Position numbers and translations under genes: made by a program. A DNA stretch of 64,000 bases from an uncultured delta proteobacterium (GTDB lineage: Bacteria; Myxococcota; Myxococcia; Myxococcales; Anaeromyxobacteraceae), in the NCBI GenBank assembly GCA_963814585.1, contig CAWFDF010000012.1, positions 256,001 through 320,000 on the forward strand, given 5' to 3'. Every line of letters starts with the position of its first letter. Within the stretch, counting starts at the first letter, position 1. Positions 43,042-55,788 of this stretch are shown in pieces. The notes beneath the pieces were generated by a model. That model was not told the DNA's origin. It did not search any database and worked only from the letters and a program-made list of their open reading frames with translations.

Positions 43042-43802
43042 GGAGGGGACTCCCGGGGCCAGGTGGGGAGCCGCAGGGCCTCGAGCGCGTCGAGGGCCCC
43101 GCCGTCGGTGGCGTCGAGCTGCAGCGGGGTCACCGAGGCCAGCCCCTCCTCCATCACGGCGTTGCAGTCGGATCCCGGGATGTCGTGGTTGACCGCCCCG
43201 CCCTCGCCGCCGATCCAGTAGTAGCGGCGGCCGCGTGGGTCCACCTTGGTCACCACCTCGTTGCCGTAGGTCCGCTTGCCCAGCCTGGCCAGGCGCCAGC
43301 CCCGCACCAGGCCGGCCGGGACGTTGACGTTGAGGAGCACCGGGCGCGACGGGCGGGAGCCCACCAGCGCTCGCGCCAGCTCGGCGGCCAGCCGCGCCGC
43401 CTGCTCGAAGTGGTGGGGCGGCGGCGCCGCCAGCGAGACGGCGATGGCCGGCACGCCCAGCAGCGCCCCCTCCATCGCCGCGGCCACGGTCCCGGAGTAG
43501 TGGACGTCGTTGCCGAGGTTGGGGCCGTGGTTCACGCCGGAGACCACCACGTCCGGCCAGCGATCCTTGAGGAGCAGGTTCATGCCGACGTAGACGGCGT
43601 CGGTCGGGGTGCCGTCGACCGCGTACCAGCGCGGCGCCAGCTCGTGGAGCCGGAGCGGGCGGTGCAGCGAGATGGCGTGCGACGACGCCGACTGCTCCCG
43701 GTCCGGCGCGCAGACCCAGACCTCGTCCCCCTCGAAGGCGGCCGCCAGCGAGTGAAGCCCGGCCGCGTGGACGCCGTCGTCGTTGGAGAGGAGCACCCGC
43801 AC
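43038..43802 (-). CDS. surE: 5'/3'-nucleotidase SurE
   Basis: LLSNDDG, GTPTD, SGVNHGPN, YSGTVAAA, SVTPL. Confidence 0.96.
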   Translation of the reverse strand: MRVLLSNDDGVHAAGLHSLAAAFEGDEVWVCAPDREQSASSHAISLHRPLRLHELAPRWYAVDGTPTDAVYVGMNLLLKDRWPDVVVSGVNHGPNLGNDVHYSGTVAAAMEGALLGVPAIAVSLAAPPPHHFEQAARLAAELARALVGSRPSRPVLLNVNVPAGLVRGWRLARLGKRTYGNEVVTKVDPRGRRYYWIGGEGGAVNHDIPGSDCNAVMEEGLASVTPLQLDATDGGALDALEALRLPTWPRESPP

Positions 43803-43882
43803 CGGCGGGGAATGTACCAGCGGGGTCCGGGGGTGGGAAGCCGGCGCACCGTGGCCGCGCGGCGGATCGGCGGGGGAGCGAC

Positions 43883-44803
43883 CTATGGCGTCGGGTTCCG
43901 ATCCAGCCCCTGGTCCTGGAACGAGACCGGGTCCTCGATGGCCTCGAGGTGCGTGAAGACGCTGGCGTTGGGGATGACGGCGCGCACCTCCGACTCGATC
44001 CGCTCGGCCAGCTCGTGGCCCCTCCGGACCGTCCACCCGCCGGGGACGAGCACGTGCATGGAGATGAACCGGCGGGCCGCGGCCTGGCGCGTGCGCACGG
44101 CGTGGAACTGGAGCTCCGGCCCCTCGTGGCGCGAAAGCACCTCGCGGAGCGCCGCCTGCTCCCGGGGGGCCAGGGCGGTGTCGAGCAGCCCGGCCGCCGA
44201 GCGGCGCAGCAGGTGGACGCCGGTCCAGACGATCTGGGCCGCCACCACCAGCGCGATGATGGGGTCGAGGATGATCCAGCCGGTGAAGGCGACCAGGCCG
44301 ACGGCCGCCAGCACGCCGGCCGTGGTCCAGACGTCGGTCATCAGGTGCCGGGCGTCGGCCTCCAGCGCGATGGAGTGGTGGCGCTTGCCGGCGCGCAGCA
44401 GGACCCGGGCCACCCCGAAGTTGACCGCCGAGGCGCCCGTCGAGACCAGCACGCCCCAGCCGACCTGCGCCAGCGGGCGCGGCGCCAGCAGCCGATCGAC
44501 GGCGGTCCAGGCGATGCCGCCGGCGGCCAGCAGGATGAGCGCCCCCTCGGCGCCGCTGGCGAAGTACTCGGCCTTCTCGTGGCCGTAGGCGTGGTCCTCG
44601 TCGGGCGGCCGCGCCGCCACGATGAGCATGAACAGCGTGATGACGGCCGCCACCAGGTTGACCAGCGACTCGAGCGCGTCCGAGAGGAGGCCCACCGACC
44701 CGGTCAGCCGCCAGGCCACCGTCTTCATGCCGATGGTCACCACGGCCGCGGCGATGGAGAGGAGGGCGAAGCGGCGAAGGTCGCCGTTGGGGGCGCTGGT
44801 CAT
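43883..44803 (-). CDS. Cation diffusion facilitator transporter (FieF-like)
   Basis: [25 protein letters not shown]-terminal dimerisation domain. Confidence 0.93.
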   Translation of the reverse strand: MTSAPNGDLRRFALLSIAAAVVTIGMKTVAWRLTGSVGLLSDALESLVNLVAAVITLFMLIVAARPPDEDHAYGHEKAEYFASGAEGALILLAAGGIAWTAVDRLLAPRPLAQVGWGVLVSTGASAVNFGVARVLLRAGKRHHSIALEADARHLMTDVWTTAGVLAAVGLVAFTGWIILDPIIALVVAAQIVWTGVHLLRRSAAGLLDTALAPREQAALREVLSRHEGPELQFHAVRTRQAAARRFISMHVLVPGGWTVRRGHELAERIESEVRAVIPNASVFTHLEAIEDPVSFQDQGLDRNPTP

Positions 44804-44817
44804 TGACTCACTCTACG

Positions 44818-45708
44818 TCACACGGGGAGGCGGCGGAGCGCCTCCCGCCCCACCCAGTCGCAGGCGAACTGCCAGGCGATCCGGCCGCTCCGGTCCCCCT
44901 TCCGCTGCGACCAGAGGATGGCCTCGGCCTCGGCGTCGGCGGTCCACGCCGTGGCCACCCCGGCCCGCGCGGCCAGGCGCGTGACCCACTGCCGCACCAC
45001 CTCAACGTACCGGTCCTGGCTGAAGGGGTGGAACGGGACCCAGAGGCCGAAGCGCCCGGAGAGCGAGATCTTCTCCTCGACCGCCTCGCCGTGGTGCACC
45101 TCCCCCTCCACCATCATGGCGCCGCGGTTGTCGCTCTCGAACTCGCTGACCAGGTGGCGCCGGTTGGAGGTGACGTAGATGAGGACGTTGTCCGGCAGCG
45201 CGTAGACCGAGCCGTCGAGGGCGCTCTTCAGCACCTTGTAGCTGGGGTCGCCGGTCTCGAAGGAGAGGTCGTCGGAGAAGATGAGGAAGCGCCAGGGCTG
45301 GGCCTTCACCGCCTCGACGATGGCCGGGAGGCTGACCAGGTCGTCCTTGTCCACCTGGATGATCCGCAGCCCCTGCGGCGCGTAGGTGTGGAGCAGGGCT
45401 CGCACCAGCGACGACTTGCCGGTGCCGCGCGTGCCCCAGAGCAGCGCGTTGTTGGCCGGCAGGCCGGCCAGGAACTGGCGGGTGTTGGCCTCGACGGTCT
45501 GCTTCTGGGCCTCGATGCCGAGCAGGTCGTCGAGGTGCACGGCCTCGATCTGCGGCACCGGCTCCAGCGTCCCGGAGAACGGGCTGCGGTGCCAGTTGGC
45601 GGCGTGGCAGGTGGCCCAGTCGATGGCCGGGACCGGCTTGGGGAGCAGCGGCTCCAGCGCGGCCAGCACCCGCTTCAGCTGCGCGGTCAGTTCGGGATCG
45701 AGGCTCAC
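44818..45708 (-). CDS. DUF815 family AAA+ ATPase
   Basis: NNALLWGTRGTGKSS, DDLSFE, TSNRRHL, EEKISLSGRFGL, RSGR-AWQF. Confidence 0.92.
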   Translation of the reverse strand: MSLDPELTAQLKRVLAALEPLLPKPVPAIDWATCHAANWHRSPFSGTLEPVPQIEAVHLDDLLGIEAQKQTVEANTRQFLAGLPANNALLWGTRGTGKSSLVRALLHTYAPQGLRIIQVDKDDLVSLPAIVEAVKAQPWRFLIFSDDLSFETGDPSYKVLKSALDGSVYALPDNVLIYVTSNRRHLVSEFESDNRGAMMVEGEVHHGEAVEEKISLSGRFGLWVPFHPFSQDRYVEVVRQWVTRLAARAGVATAWTADAEAEAILWSQRKGDRSGRIAWQFACDWVGREALRRLPV

Positions 45709-45808
45709 GTTCTCTCCGCGATGCGGGCCACCCGGCCCTCCAGAGAGGCCGGGGCAGGGACCGGCTGGCCCCTGCCCCGCGGATCGTGCCGGCCGGGCCC
45801 TGCCGGCG

Positions 45809-46620
45809 CTAGTCGCCCGAGGCGGCCCTGGCGGTGGAGATGGCGCCGATCTTCTCCAGGAACAGGGCCTTGGTGAACTCGCGGTTCATGCGGGCGATGA
45901 ACTTCACCTTGATGCCCTTGGGGCAGGCCCCCTCGCACTCGTAGTGGTTGCTGCAGTTGCCGAAGCCGAGGTCGGCCATGGCGTTGACCATGGCGGCGAC
46001 GCGCTGGGGCGCCTCCACCTGGCCCTGCGGCAGCTCGGCCAGCTGCGACACCTTGGCGCCGGCGAAGAGCATGGCCGCGCCGTTGGGGCAGGCCGCCACG
46101 CAGGCGCCGCAGCCGATGCACTCGGCCGCGTCCATGGCGTAGTCGGCCTCGGGCTTGCCCACCAGGATGGCGTTGCCGTCGGGCACGCCGCCGGTGTGGC
46201 AGGAGACGAAGCCGGCCGTCTGGATCAGCTTGTCCAGCGCGCCCCGGTCGACGATCAGGTCCCGCAGGATGGGGAAGGCCCGGGCCCGCCACGGCTCCAG
46301 GTAGATGGCGTCGCCGTCCTTGAACTTCCGCATGTGCAGCTGGCAGAGCGTGGTGCGCTCCTGCCCGCCGTGCGGGACGCCGTTGACCACCGCGGAGCAC
46401 ATCCCGCAGATGCCCTCCCGGCAGTCGTGGTCGAAGGCGATGGGGTCCTTCCCCGCCTTGATCAGGTCCTCGTTCACCACGTCCAGCATCTCCAGGAAGG
46501 AGTGGTGGGGCGTGATGCCCTTGGCGTCGTAGGTCTCGAACTGGCCCGGCTTGTCGGCCGCCGGCTGCCGCCAGACGATGAGCTTGAGGTTCATGGTCGC
46601 GTGCTCGGTGTGGGCGCTCA

Positions 46621-46621
<1 letters not shown>
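45809..46621 (-). CDS. sdhB: Succinate dehydrogenase / fumarate reductase iron-sulfur subunit
   Basis: [34 protein letters not shown]. Confidence 0.95.
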
Positions 46622-48540
<1,919 letters not shown>

Positions 48541-48551
48541 GGTAGTTCCCC

Positions 48552-49223
48552 TTACTTGGCGATCAGGCCAAAGAGAATGGCGACGGGGATGGCCCCGTAG
48601 CCGAGGAGGAAGATCACGGAGAGCACGCCGCCGAACTTGACGAAGCCCGGCATGGTCTTGGGGTTGTTGAGGCCCAGCGACTGGAAGGTGCTCTGGATGC
48701 CGTGCGAGAGGTGGAAGTAGAGCATGAGCATGGCGACCACGTAGACCACCGCGGTGACCGCCTTGCCGAAGCCGGCGGCGACCATGGCGAAGACGTCGAA
48801 GCGGCCGAGGGCATCCTGCACCTGCACGATCTCCATGCCCGGGACCGAGCGGATCGTGAAGTGGAACAGGTGGAAGACGATGAAGGCGCCCAGCAGCAGC
48901 CCGGTCCAGATCATGTTCTTGCTGGCGAAGGTGACCCGCAGCCGGCGGTCGACCGCGTAGCGGGTCGGGTTGGCGGCGCGGTTCTCCAGGGTGATCTGGA
49001 TCGAGAGGACGAGGTGGAAGAGGACCGCCGCCAGCATCACCACCCGGGTGGCCCAGACCACCGCGGGCAGGCCGTGGAGCTTCTCGGCGTAGGTGTTGAT
49101 GCCATTGGCCCCGGCGAAGATGCTCAGGTTGCCGAGCAGGTGGCCGACGACGAACAGGACCATCAGCAGGCCCGTGATCGCCATCACGACCTTTCTTCCG
49201 ATGGAGTCCGAGAGCAGTCGCAT
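48552..49223 (-). CDS. sdhC: Succinate dehydrogenase cytochrome b558 subunit
   Basis: SIGRK-VMA-TGL, HL-GN, multiple TM His, HG-QS-FQSLG. Confidence 0.93.
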   Translation of the reverse strand: MRLLSDSIGRKVVMAITGLLMVLFVVGHLLGNLSIFAGANGINTYAEKLHGLPAVVWATRVVMLAAVLFHLVLSIQITLENRAANPTRYAVDRRLRVTFASKNMIWTGLLLGAFIVFHLFHFTIRSVPGMEIVQVQDALGRFDVFAMVAAGFGKAVTAVVYVVAMLMLYFHLSHGIQSTFQSLGLNNPKTMPGFVKFGGVLSVIFLLGYGAIPVAILFGLIAK

Positions 49224-49482
49224 GAGGTGTGTCCCTTCTTCCTGGGTGGAGCGCCGGCGCGTCGGGCCGGCCTCCAGGCAAAGTGAACGGCGCGGGGGTT
49301 TCCCGGTTGAAGCGGGTGCGCATGGTACGGGATCTGGCAGCGGATGTGGTGATCCAGCGCAGTTCCAGGCGCCGTTTTTTTCGGGTCATCGCCCGCTCAG
49401 GTCTACAAAGGGCGCTGACCGCACCGCCACGCGCTGCGTCGATCGGCCACGCCGGGGGGAGCCGGCCAGGTTAGAACCGGCC

Positions 49483-50805
49483 ATGGACGCCCTGCTGCCC
49501 GTCACCGCGCTGGCCCTGGCCGGGTGGGTCGGCGTCGCCTGGCTCGCCTGGCGGTCGGACCGGTCCCTGCCCGACCTCGAGGACCAGCCGCCCGACCCCG
49601 CGCCGCCCCCGCTCTCGGTGGTGATGCCGTGCCGCGACGAGGCCCGCCACGTCGAGGCGTCCGTCCGCTCCCTGCTGGCGCAGGATCTCCCGGCGCTGGA
49701 GGTGGTGGCGGTCGACGACCGCTCCACCGACGCCACCGGCGCCATCCTCGACCGGCTGGCCGCCGCGGACCCACGCCTCTCCGTGATCCACGTGCCCGCC
49801 CTCCCGGCCGGCTGGCTCGGCAAGAACCACGCGCTCGAGGCCGGGGGTCGCCGGGCTCGCGGCGAGTGGCTCCTCTTCACCGATGGTGACGTGCTCTTCC
49901 GCCCCGGGGCGCTGCGTCGCGCCCTCGGGTACGCCCGCGCCCACGGCCTCGGCCACCTGGCGGCGGCCCCGCGCTTCATCGCCCCCGGCTTCCTGGAGCG
50001 GGCTTTCGTCACCGGCTTCGGCGCCTTCGCCTCGCTCGCCTTCCGCGTCCACCGGCTGCGCGTCCCGGGGAGCGGCGCCTTCGTCGGCATCGGCGCCTTC
50101 AACCTGGTGCGGCGCGCCGACTGGGAGCGGATTGGCGGGCACTCCCGCCTGCGGCTCGAGGTGGTCGACGACCTCAAGCTCGGGCTGGTGCTGCGCCGGA
50201 GCGGCGTGGCGCAGGGAGCGGTCTCGGGCGGCGCCCTGGTCGCGGTGCGCTGGCAGCACGGCTTCTGGCCCTCGGTGCTCGGCCTGGTCAAGAACGCCTT
50301 CGCCGGCACCGAGTACCGTCCCTGGCTGGCGCTGCTGGCGTCGCTCCTGCTCCTGCTGGCCGGGACCGCGCCGCTGCTGCTGGCGCTCGCCGCCCTGGCG
50401 CTGGGGCAGGCGCCGGCGGCGGCGCTGGCCGGCGGGGCCCTGCTGGTCGGGGTGGCCATCCACGGGGGCGCGGCGCGGCGGCTGGCGGGTGGCAGCGGCC
50501 TGGAGGGGCTGGCGCTGCCGCTCTCCTCGGCGCTGCTGGCGGGCGTCCTGGTCGGCAGCACCGCGGCGGTGCTCTGGCGCGGCGGCGTGGTCTGGAGGGG
50601 GACGCGCTATCCCCTCGCCGAGCTTCGGCGCGGCTGCGTCCGCATGGGGGACTGGCCGCCGCAGGCGGCGGTCGGCTGGCCCGGCGACCCGGCCCGCCGC
50701 CGGGATCCACGCCGGCCTCCGCCGTCCCACCGCCCATCCGCCGGCGCCGCGCCCGGCGACGTCGCCTCCGCCGGAGCGGAGGGTCACCCGCCCGGGCCGA
50801 CTTGA
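49483..50805 (+). CDS. Glycosyltransferase family 2 (membrane-bound)
   Basis: MPCRDE, VDDRSTD, GWLGK, FTDGD, VDDLKLG; C-terminal TMs. Confidence 0.9.
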   Translation: MDALLPVTALALAGWVGVAWLAWRSDRSLPDLEDQPPDPAPPPLSVVMPCRDEARHVEASVRSLLAQDLPALEVVAVDDRSTDATGAILDRLAAADPRLSVIHVPALPAGWLGKNHALEAGGRRARGEWLLFTDGDVLFRPGALRRALGYARAHGLGHLAAAPRFIAPGFLERAFVTGFGAFASLAFRVHRLRVPGSGAFVGIGAFNLVRRADWERIGGHSRLRLEVVDDLKLGLVLRRSGVAQGAVSGGALVAVRWQHGFWPSVLGLVKNAFAGTEYRPWLALLASLLLLLAGTAPLLLALAALALGQAPAAALAGGALLVGVAIHGGAARRLAGGSGLEGLALPLSSALLAGVLVGSTAAVLWRGGVVWRGTRYPLAELRRGCVRMGDWPPQAAVGWPGDPARRRDPRRPPPSHRPSAGAAPGDVASAGAEGHPPGPT

Positions 50806-50871
50806 ACGCTCGCCACCGGCCGGGACCGGTGCCAAGATCGGCGGGTCTCCTGGACGTGGAAGGACGGGTCG

Positions 50872-52236
50872 ATGGGAAACGTTTCGAAGCGGCCGAAGCC
50901 CAGGCTCGAGCCGGAGTACTGCAAGGGCTGCAACCGCTGCGTGGAGTCCTGCGCCCACGGCTTCATCGTGCCGGGACAGGAGGTCAACCCGCTGACCGGG
51001 CTGCTGCCGGTCTCGCTCCACCTCGACGAGTGCAACGGCTGCGGGGTCTGCATCGACGCCTGCCCCGAGCCGTACGGCCTGCGGCTCCCGGAGGACGGTC
51101 CGGCCCGGCCGAGGCCACGGCCGGAGGACGTGCCCGCCGTGCGCCTGCCGCTCCCCGGGGGCCGGCCGCTCATCGTGAAGGGGGCCCACGCCTCCGCCAT
51201 CGGCGCTCTGCTGGCCGGCTGCCGCCACTTCTTCGGCTACCCCATCACCCCGTCCACCGAGGGGGCGGAGCTGATGGCGCGGCTGCTGCCCCGGCTCGAC
51301 GGCCACTTCGTGCAGGCGGTGAGCGAGGTGGCGGCGATCAACATGATGTACGGCTGCGGCGGCGCCGGCCTCCCCTGCATGACCTTCACCTCCTCGCCCG
51401 GGTTCAGCCTGATGCTGGAGGGGCTGAGCTACATGATCGGCGCCGAGGTGCCGGGGGTGATCGTCAACGTGATGCGCGGCGGCCCGGGGCTGGGCGGCCT
51501 GGGGCCCGAGCAGTCGGACCTCAAGCTGATGTGCCGCGGCCTCGGCCACGGCGGGACGCAGGCCATCGTGCTGGCGCCGGCCACCCCCCAGGAGATGCTC
51601 GACTTCACGCAGCTGGCCTTCGAGCTGGCCTTCGCCTACCGCAACCCGGTGGTGATCGCGGCCGATGGCTACCTCGGGCAGATGACCGGCAAGGTGGCGC
51701 TGCCGGCGGCCGCGGTGAAGCCAGGGCTCCCGGCCTGGGCGGTCTCCGGCGACGCCGCCCACCGCGGCAACCTCACCAACTCCTTCCACCTCGCCGAGGC
51801 CGACCTCGAGACCCACAACCGTCACCTCCAGGCCAAGTACCTGGAGATGACCAGGGCCGAGCAGCGCGCCGAGCTCTACCGCTGCGAGGGCGCCGAGGTG
51901 CTGCTGGTGGCCTGCAACACGCCGGGGCGCATGGCCAAGGGGGCGGTGCGGGCGCTGCGCGAGGAGGGGATCGCCGCCGGCCTCTTCCGGCCGCAGACGC
52001 TCTGGCCCTTCCCCATCCAGGCGCTCCTGCCGCTCCTCGAGAGGGCCCGGCAGATCGTGGTGGTGGAGGCGAGCGCCGGGCAGCTGGAGGACGAGCTCCG
52101 GCTGGCGCTCTCCCACGCCGGCGCCGGGAACGGGGTCGAGCTCAGGAACGTCCGGCGCCTGGGCGGGGTGCTCCCCTCGCAGCGCGAGATCGTCGACGGC
52201 GTGCGCGCTGCGGTGAGGCGGAGGGCGACGGCGTGA
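50872..52236 (+). CDS. 2-oxoacid:ferredoxin oxidoreductase alpha subunit with fused N-terminal 2[4Fe-4S] domain (VorB-like)
   Basis: CKGCNRCVESC, CNGCGVCIDACP, GYPITPSTE, TSSPG-SL, RGGPGLG. Confidence 0.92.
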   Translation: MGNVSKRPKPRLEPEYCKGCNRCVESCAHGFIVPGQEVNPLTGLLPVSLHLDECNGCGVCIDACPEPYGLRLPEDGPARPRPRPEDVPAVRLPLPGGRPLIVKGAHASAIGALLAGCRHFFGYPITPSTEGAELMARLLPRLDGHFVQAVSEVAAINMMYGCGGAGLPCMTFTSSPGFSLMLEGLSYMIGAEVPGVIVNVMRGGPGLGGLGPEQSDLKLMCRGLGHGGTQAIVLAPATPQEMLDFTQLAFELAFAYRNPVVIAADGYLGQMTGKVALPAAAVKPGLPAWAVSGDAAHRGNLTNSFHLAEADLETHNRHLQAKYLEMTRAEQRAELYRCEGAEVLLVACNTPGRMAKGAVRALREEGIAAGLFRPQTLWPFPIQALLPLLERARQIVVVEASAGQLEDELRLALSHAGAGNGVELRNVRRLGGVLPSQREIVDGVRAAVRRRATA

Positions 52237-53669
52237 GCACCTTCTACGAGCGGTTCGAGCGGCACGACCACGCCTCCGGCCTGAAGGCCAGGACCACCCA
52301 CTACTGCCCGGGCTGCGGCCACGGGCTGATCCACAAGATGATCGCCGACGGCATCGAGGCGCTGGGGCTGCAGGACCGCACCGTGGCGATCTCGCCGGTC
52401 GGCTGCGCCGTCTTCCTCCACTACTACCTCGACGTCGGCAACAGCCAGGCCCCCCACGGCCGGGCCCCGGCGGTGGGGATCGGCCACAAGCTGGCCAACC
52501 CCGAGGCCATCGTCATCAGCTACCAGGGCGACGGCGACCTGGCCTCCATCGGGCTGGCCGAGATCATCCAGGCCGCCCAGCTGGGGCTGCCGTTCACGGT
52601 GGTCTTCGTCAACAACGCCATCTACGGCATGACCGGCGGCCAGCTCGCCCCCACCACGCTGATGGGGCAGCGGACCTCCACCAGCCCGACCGGCCGCGAC
52701 CGCCACATGGGCTCGCCGCTGCGGATGGCCGAGCTGATGGCCCAGATCGACGGCGCCGTGTACGTGGAGCGGGTGGCGCTCTTCGACGCCAAGCAGCGGG
52801 TCCGCGCCGCCAAGGCCATCAAGAAGGCGCTGAAGCTGCAGGCGGACCGGGCCGGCTTCGCCTTCGTCGAGGTGCTGGCCGAGTGCCCGACCCACCTCGG
52901 CCTGACGCCGCCCGAGGCCGAGCGGTGGGTGGCCGAGAAGATGGTCCCGGTCTTCCCGCTGGGCGTGAAGAAGGAGGCGATCGGCGAGCCGTTCCCGCCC
53001 TGGCCCCTCCCCTCCCACGACCCGGCCGAGCTGCTCCGGCTCGTGGGGGCCAACGACGCCCCGGTGGAGCGCCACTGCGCCGGCTTCCCCGGGTCCGTCT
53101 TCGGCGACGACGTCGCGCTCAAGCTGGCCGGCGCCGGCGGCGACGGCGCCCAGACCGCCGCCATGCTCCTCACCCGGTCGGCCATCCACGAGGGGTTCGA
53201 CGCCACCCACATCCCCAGCTACGGCCCGGAGTCGCGCGGCGGGACCTCCTACGCCGACGTCCGCATCGCCGAGGTCGAGGTGCTCTCGCCGGCGGCGCCC
53301 CATCCGCACGTGCTGGTGGCCTTCAACGCCCCCAGCCTGGCCCGCTTCGGCCCCGAGGTCCCGGCCGGCGGCGTGATCATCTACGACTCGACGGTGGTCC
53401 TGTCCGCGCCGCCGCTGCCGGCCGGCGTGCGGGTCGTCCCGGTGCCGTGCACCGCCATCGCCCACGAGCTGGGGCACCAGCTGGTGAAGAACGTGGTGGC
53501 GCTGGGCGCGCTGCTGGGCGCGACCCATCTGTTCCCGCCCGAGACGCTGCTGGCGACGCTCCGCCGGGCGCTGGCGTCGAAGCCCGCGCTGCTCGCCGCC
53601 AACGAGGAGGCGCTGGCCCGCGGCCAGCGCGCCGCGGAGGAGTCGCTGGCGCGCTCGGCGTCCCGGTGA
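52233..53669 (+). CDS. 2-oxoacid:ferredoxin oxidoreductase beta-gamma fusion (VorA-like)
   Basis: YCPGCGHG, GDGD...NN-YGMTGGQ TPP motif, then AGAGGDG and PSYGPESRGG gamma domain; GTGA overlap. Confidence 0.93.
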   Translation: MSTFYERFERHDHASGLKARTTHYCPGCGHGLIHKMIADGIEALGLQDRTVAISPVGCAVFLHYYLDVGNSQAPHGRAPAVGIGHKLANPEAIVISYQGDGDLASIGLAEIIQAAQLGLPFTVVFVNNAIYGMTGGQLAPTTLMGQRTSTSPTGRDRHMGSPLRMAELMAQIDGAVYVERVALFDAKQRVRAAKAIKKALKLQADRAGFAFVEVLAECPTHLGLTPPEAERWVAEKMVPVFPLGVKKEAIGEPFPPWPLPSHDPAELLRLVGANDAPVERHCAGFPGSVFGDDVALKLAGAGGDGAQTAAMLLTRSAIHEGFDATHIPSYGPESRGGTSYADVRIAEVEVLSPAAPHPHVLVAFNAPSLARFGPEVPAGGVIIYDSTVVLSAPPLPAGVRVVPVPCTAIAHELGHQLVKNVVALGALLGATHLFPPETLLATLRRALASKPALLAANEEALARGQRAAEESLARSASR

Positions 53670-53693
53670 GCACCCCGTGGTACCGTGCCGGGC

Positions 53694-54401
53694 ATGGCCG
53701 GCCCCTCCGAGCACCACGCCGTGGCCGTCGTCGACGCCTGGGACGAGACCGGCGCGCTTCGCGCGGTGCGGCTCCGGCTTCCCCCGGCGGTGGCGGGCGC
53801 GCACCAGCGGCCCGGCCAGGTGGTCAAGGTGAAGGTGGCGCCGGGCGAGGCCTACTTCGCGCTGGCCACCGCACCCTCGGCCGACGGCCGCGTGGAGCTG
53901 CTGGTGAAGCGTGGGGGCCAGGTGGCCGACGCGGTGGTGGCGGCGGCCCGGCCCGGCGCCGCGCTGCAGCTGACGGCCCCGTTCGGCCGCGGCTTCCCCT
54001 TCGAGTCGGCGCTGGGGCACGACGTGCTCCTCTTCGCGGCCGGCTCCGGCATCGCCCCGGTCCGCTCGCTGATCCAGGCGCTGGTGGCCCGCCGCGAGGA
54101 GGTCGACCGGGTGGTGCTCTTCTACGGCCAGCGGCGCGGCGCCGAGTTCGCCTACCGCGCCGAGCACCTGGGCTGGGAGCGGCGCGGCGTCCGGGTGGTG
54201 CTCTGCCCGTCGGCCGAGGACGACGCCTGGCCCGGCGTGCGCGGGCGCGTCCAGGAGGCCGCTCGCGCCCTCGACTGGGGCGGCGCCCGGCCCACCCAGG
54301 CCTCCGCCTTCGTCTGCGGCATGTCCCCCATGGTGAACGACGTCCGGGCCGCGCTGGCCGCGGCCGGCGCCGCGGCCGAGCGCGTCCACGTGAACTTCTA
54401 G
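53694..54401 (+). CDS. Ferredoxin-NADP reductase-like FAD/NAD(P)-binding oxidoreductase
   Basis: PGQ, PFG-GF, AAGSGIAP, FVCG, C-terminal NF. Confidence 0.85.
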   Translation: MAGPSEHHAVAVVDAWDETGALRAVRLRLPPAVAGAHQRPGQVVKVKVAPGEAYFALATAPSADGRVELLVKRGGQVADAVVAAARPGAALQLTAPFGRGFPFESALGHDVLLFAAGSGIAPVRSLIQALVARREEVDRVVLFYGQRRGAEFAYRAEHLGWERRGVRVVLCPSAEDDAWPGVRGRVQEAARALDWGGARPTQASAFVCGMSPMVNDVRAALAAAGAAAERVHVNF

Positions 54402-54410
54402 CGCCCGGCC

Positions 54411-55499
54411 ATGCTCACCAAGATCTCCCTCCAGCGGTCCTTCCTCCTCGCCCTGCTGGTCACCTCGGTGGGCCTGACCGTGATGTTGATCTGGCCGTTC
54501 TGGACCCCGCTGCTGGTGGCGGCGGTGCTGTCGGCGGCGCTGCGGATTCCCATGACCTGGCTGGTGGCGCGCCTGCGCGGCCGGCGCGAGTGGGCCGCCG
54601 GGCTGGTGGTGGTGACGCTGGTGGTGGCGCTGGTCCTCCCGGTGGCGGCGCTGCTGACCGTCATCGCGGGGCAGGCGGTGGAGGGCCTGCAGTGGCTGAG
54701 GGAGGCCCTGGCGTCCCAGGGGGTCTCCGGGCTGGTGGAGCGCCTCCCTCGCTGGCTCGAGCGGGCGGCGCGCCAGGTCATCACCTCCTTGCCGGAGCTG
54801 CTGGCCGAGCTGGAGCGGTCGGTCGGCGCCAGCGGCGGCAAGGCGGTGACCACCCTGGGCGGCATCATCGCCGCCACCGGCGGCGCCATCGTCAAGCTGG
54901 TGGTGGCGCTGGTGGCGCTCTACTTCTTCCTCGTCGACGGCCACAAGCTGGTGGCCTGGGTCGACGCCAACGCCCCGCTCGCCCCCGGCCAGTTCAGCGA
55001 GCTGGTGGGCGAGTTCCGGCGCACCGCCGTCTCGGTGCTGGTGGCCACGGTGGCCACCGCCGGGATCCAGGCCGCGGCGGCGCTGGCCGGCTTCCTGCTG
55101 GCCGGCGCCCCCGGCCCGCTCTTCCTCACCACCGTCACCTTCCTGGTGGCGCTGGTCCCAGCCGTGGGCGGCACGGTGGTGGTCCTGGCGGTGGCGGTGC
55201 TCCAGTACCTCACCGGCCACGAGGTGGCGGCCGGCTTCCTGGCGCTCTGGGGCCTCGGCGTGGTGTCGATGGTGGACACCTTCGCCCGCCCCTACCTGCT
55301 GCGCGGCGGCATGGCGCTCCCCATCGGCATCGTCTTCCTGGCGCTGCTCGGCGGCGTGGCCGCCTTCGGCCTGGTCGGCGTGCTGCTCGGGCCGCTGGTG
55401 GTCACCTTCCTCATCGCCGCGCTGCGCATCTGGCGGCGCGACGTGGAGGATCGCGACGACGCGGAGGAGGCCCGGCGGGGGCCGGGAGGCGGGATCTAG
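54411..55499 (+). CDS. AI-2E family transporter
   Basis: YFFLVDG, P-VG, D-F-RP, GG---FG--G--LGP. Confidence 0.92.
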   Translation: MLTKISLQRSFLLALLVTSVGLTVMLIWPFWTPLLVAAVLSAALRIPMTWLVARLRGRREWAAGLVVVTLVVALVLPVAALLTVIAGQAVEGLQWLREALASQGVSGLVERLPRWLERAARQVITSLPELLAELERSVGASGGKAVTTLGGIIAATGGAIVKLVVALVALYFFLVDGHKLVAWVDANAPLAPGQFSELVGEFRRTAVSVLVATVATAGIQAAAALAGFLLAGAPGPLFLTTVTFLVALVPAVGGTVVVLAVAVLQYLTGHEVAAGFLALWGLGVVSMVDTFARPYLLRGGMALPIGIVFLALLGGVAAFGLVGVLLGPLVVTFLIAALRIWRRDVEDRDDAEEARRGPGGGI

Positions 55500-55744
55500 C
55501 TGCCGGCCGTGAAGGCCTGGAACGCCAGCATGGTGTCGGTCTGGCGGATCCCGGGGATGCGCTGCAGCCGCGTCGGGATCAGCTCGCCGAAGGCCTCGTA
55601 GTCGGCGGCATAGAGCTTCACCAGCAGGTCGTACTCGCCGGTGATGGAGTGGACCTCGGAGACGCCGTCCAGCTCGACGATGGCGTTGGCCACCTCGCCG
55701 AGCCGGCCCAGCTCGCACTTGACCAGGACAAAGGCGGCTTTCAC
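55496..55744 (-). CDS. Stand-alone Lrp/AsnC ligand-binding domain protein
   Basis: AFVLV...EVHSITGEYDLLVK...IPGIRQTDT; AGGAGG RBS. Confidence 0.88.
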   Translation of the reverse strand: MKAAFVLVKCELGRLGEVANAIVELDGVSEVHSITGEYDLLVKLYAADYEAFGELIPTRLQRIPGIRQTDTMLAFQAFTAGS

Positions 55745-55788
55745 GTGGGCTCCCTCCTGCGCGCCGGACCCCGCCGGGCCAGCGCATC

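Noticed and set aside
49322..49340. TGGTACGGGATCTGGC as a sigma-54 promoter
   Set aside because: GG-to-GC spacing is 11 rather than the required 10 nt, and TTGC is absent.
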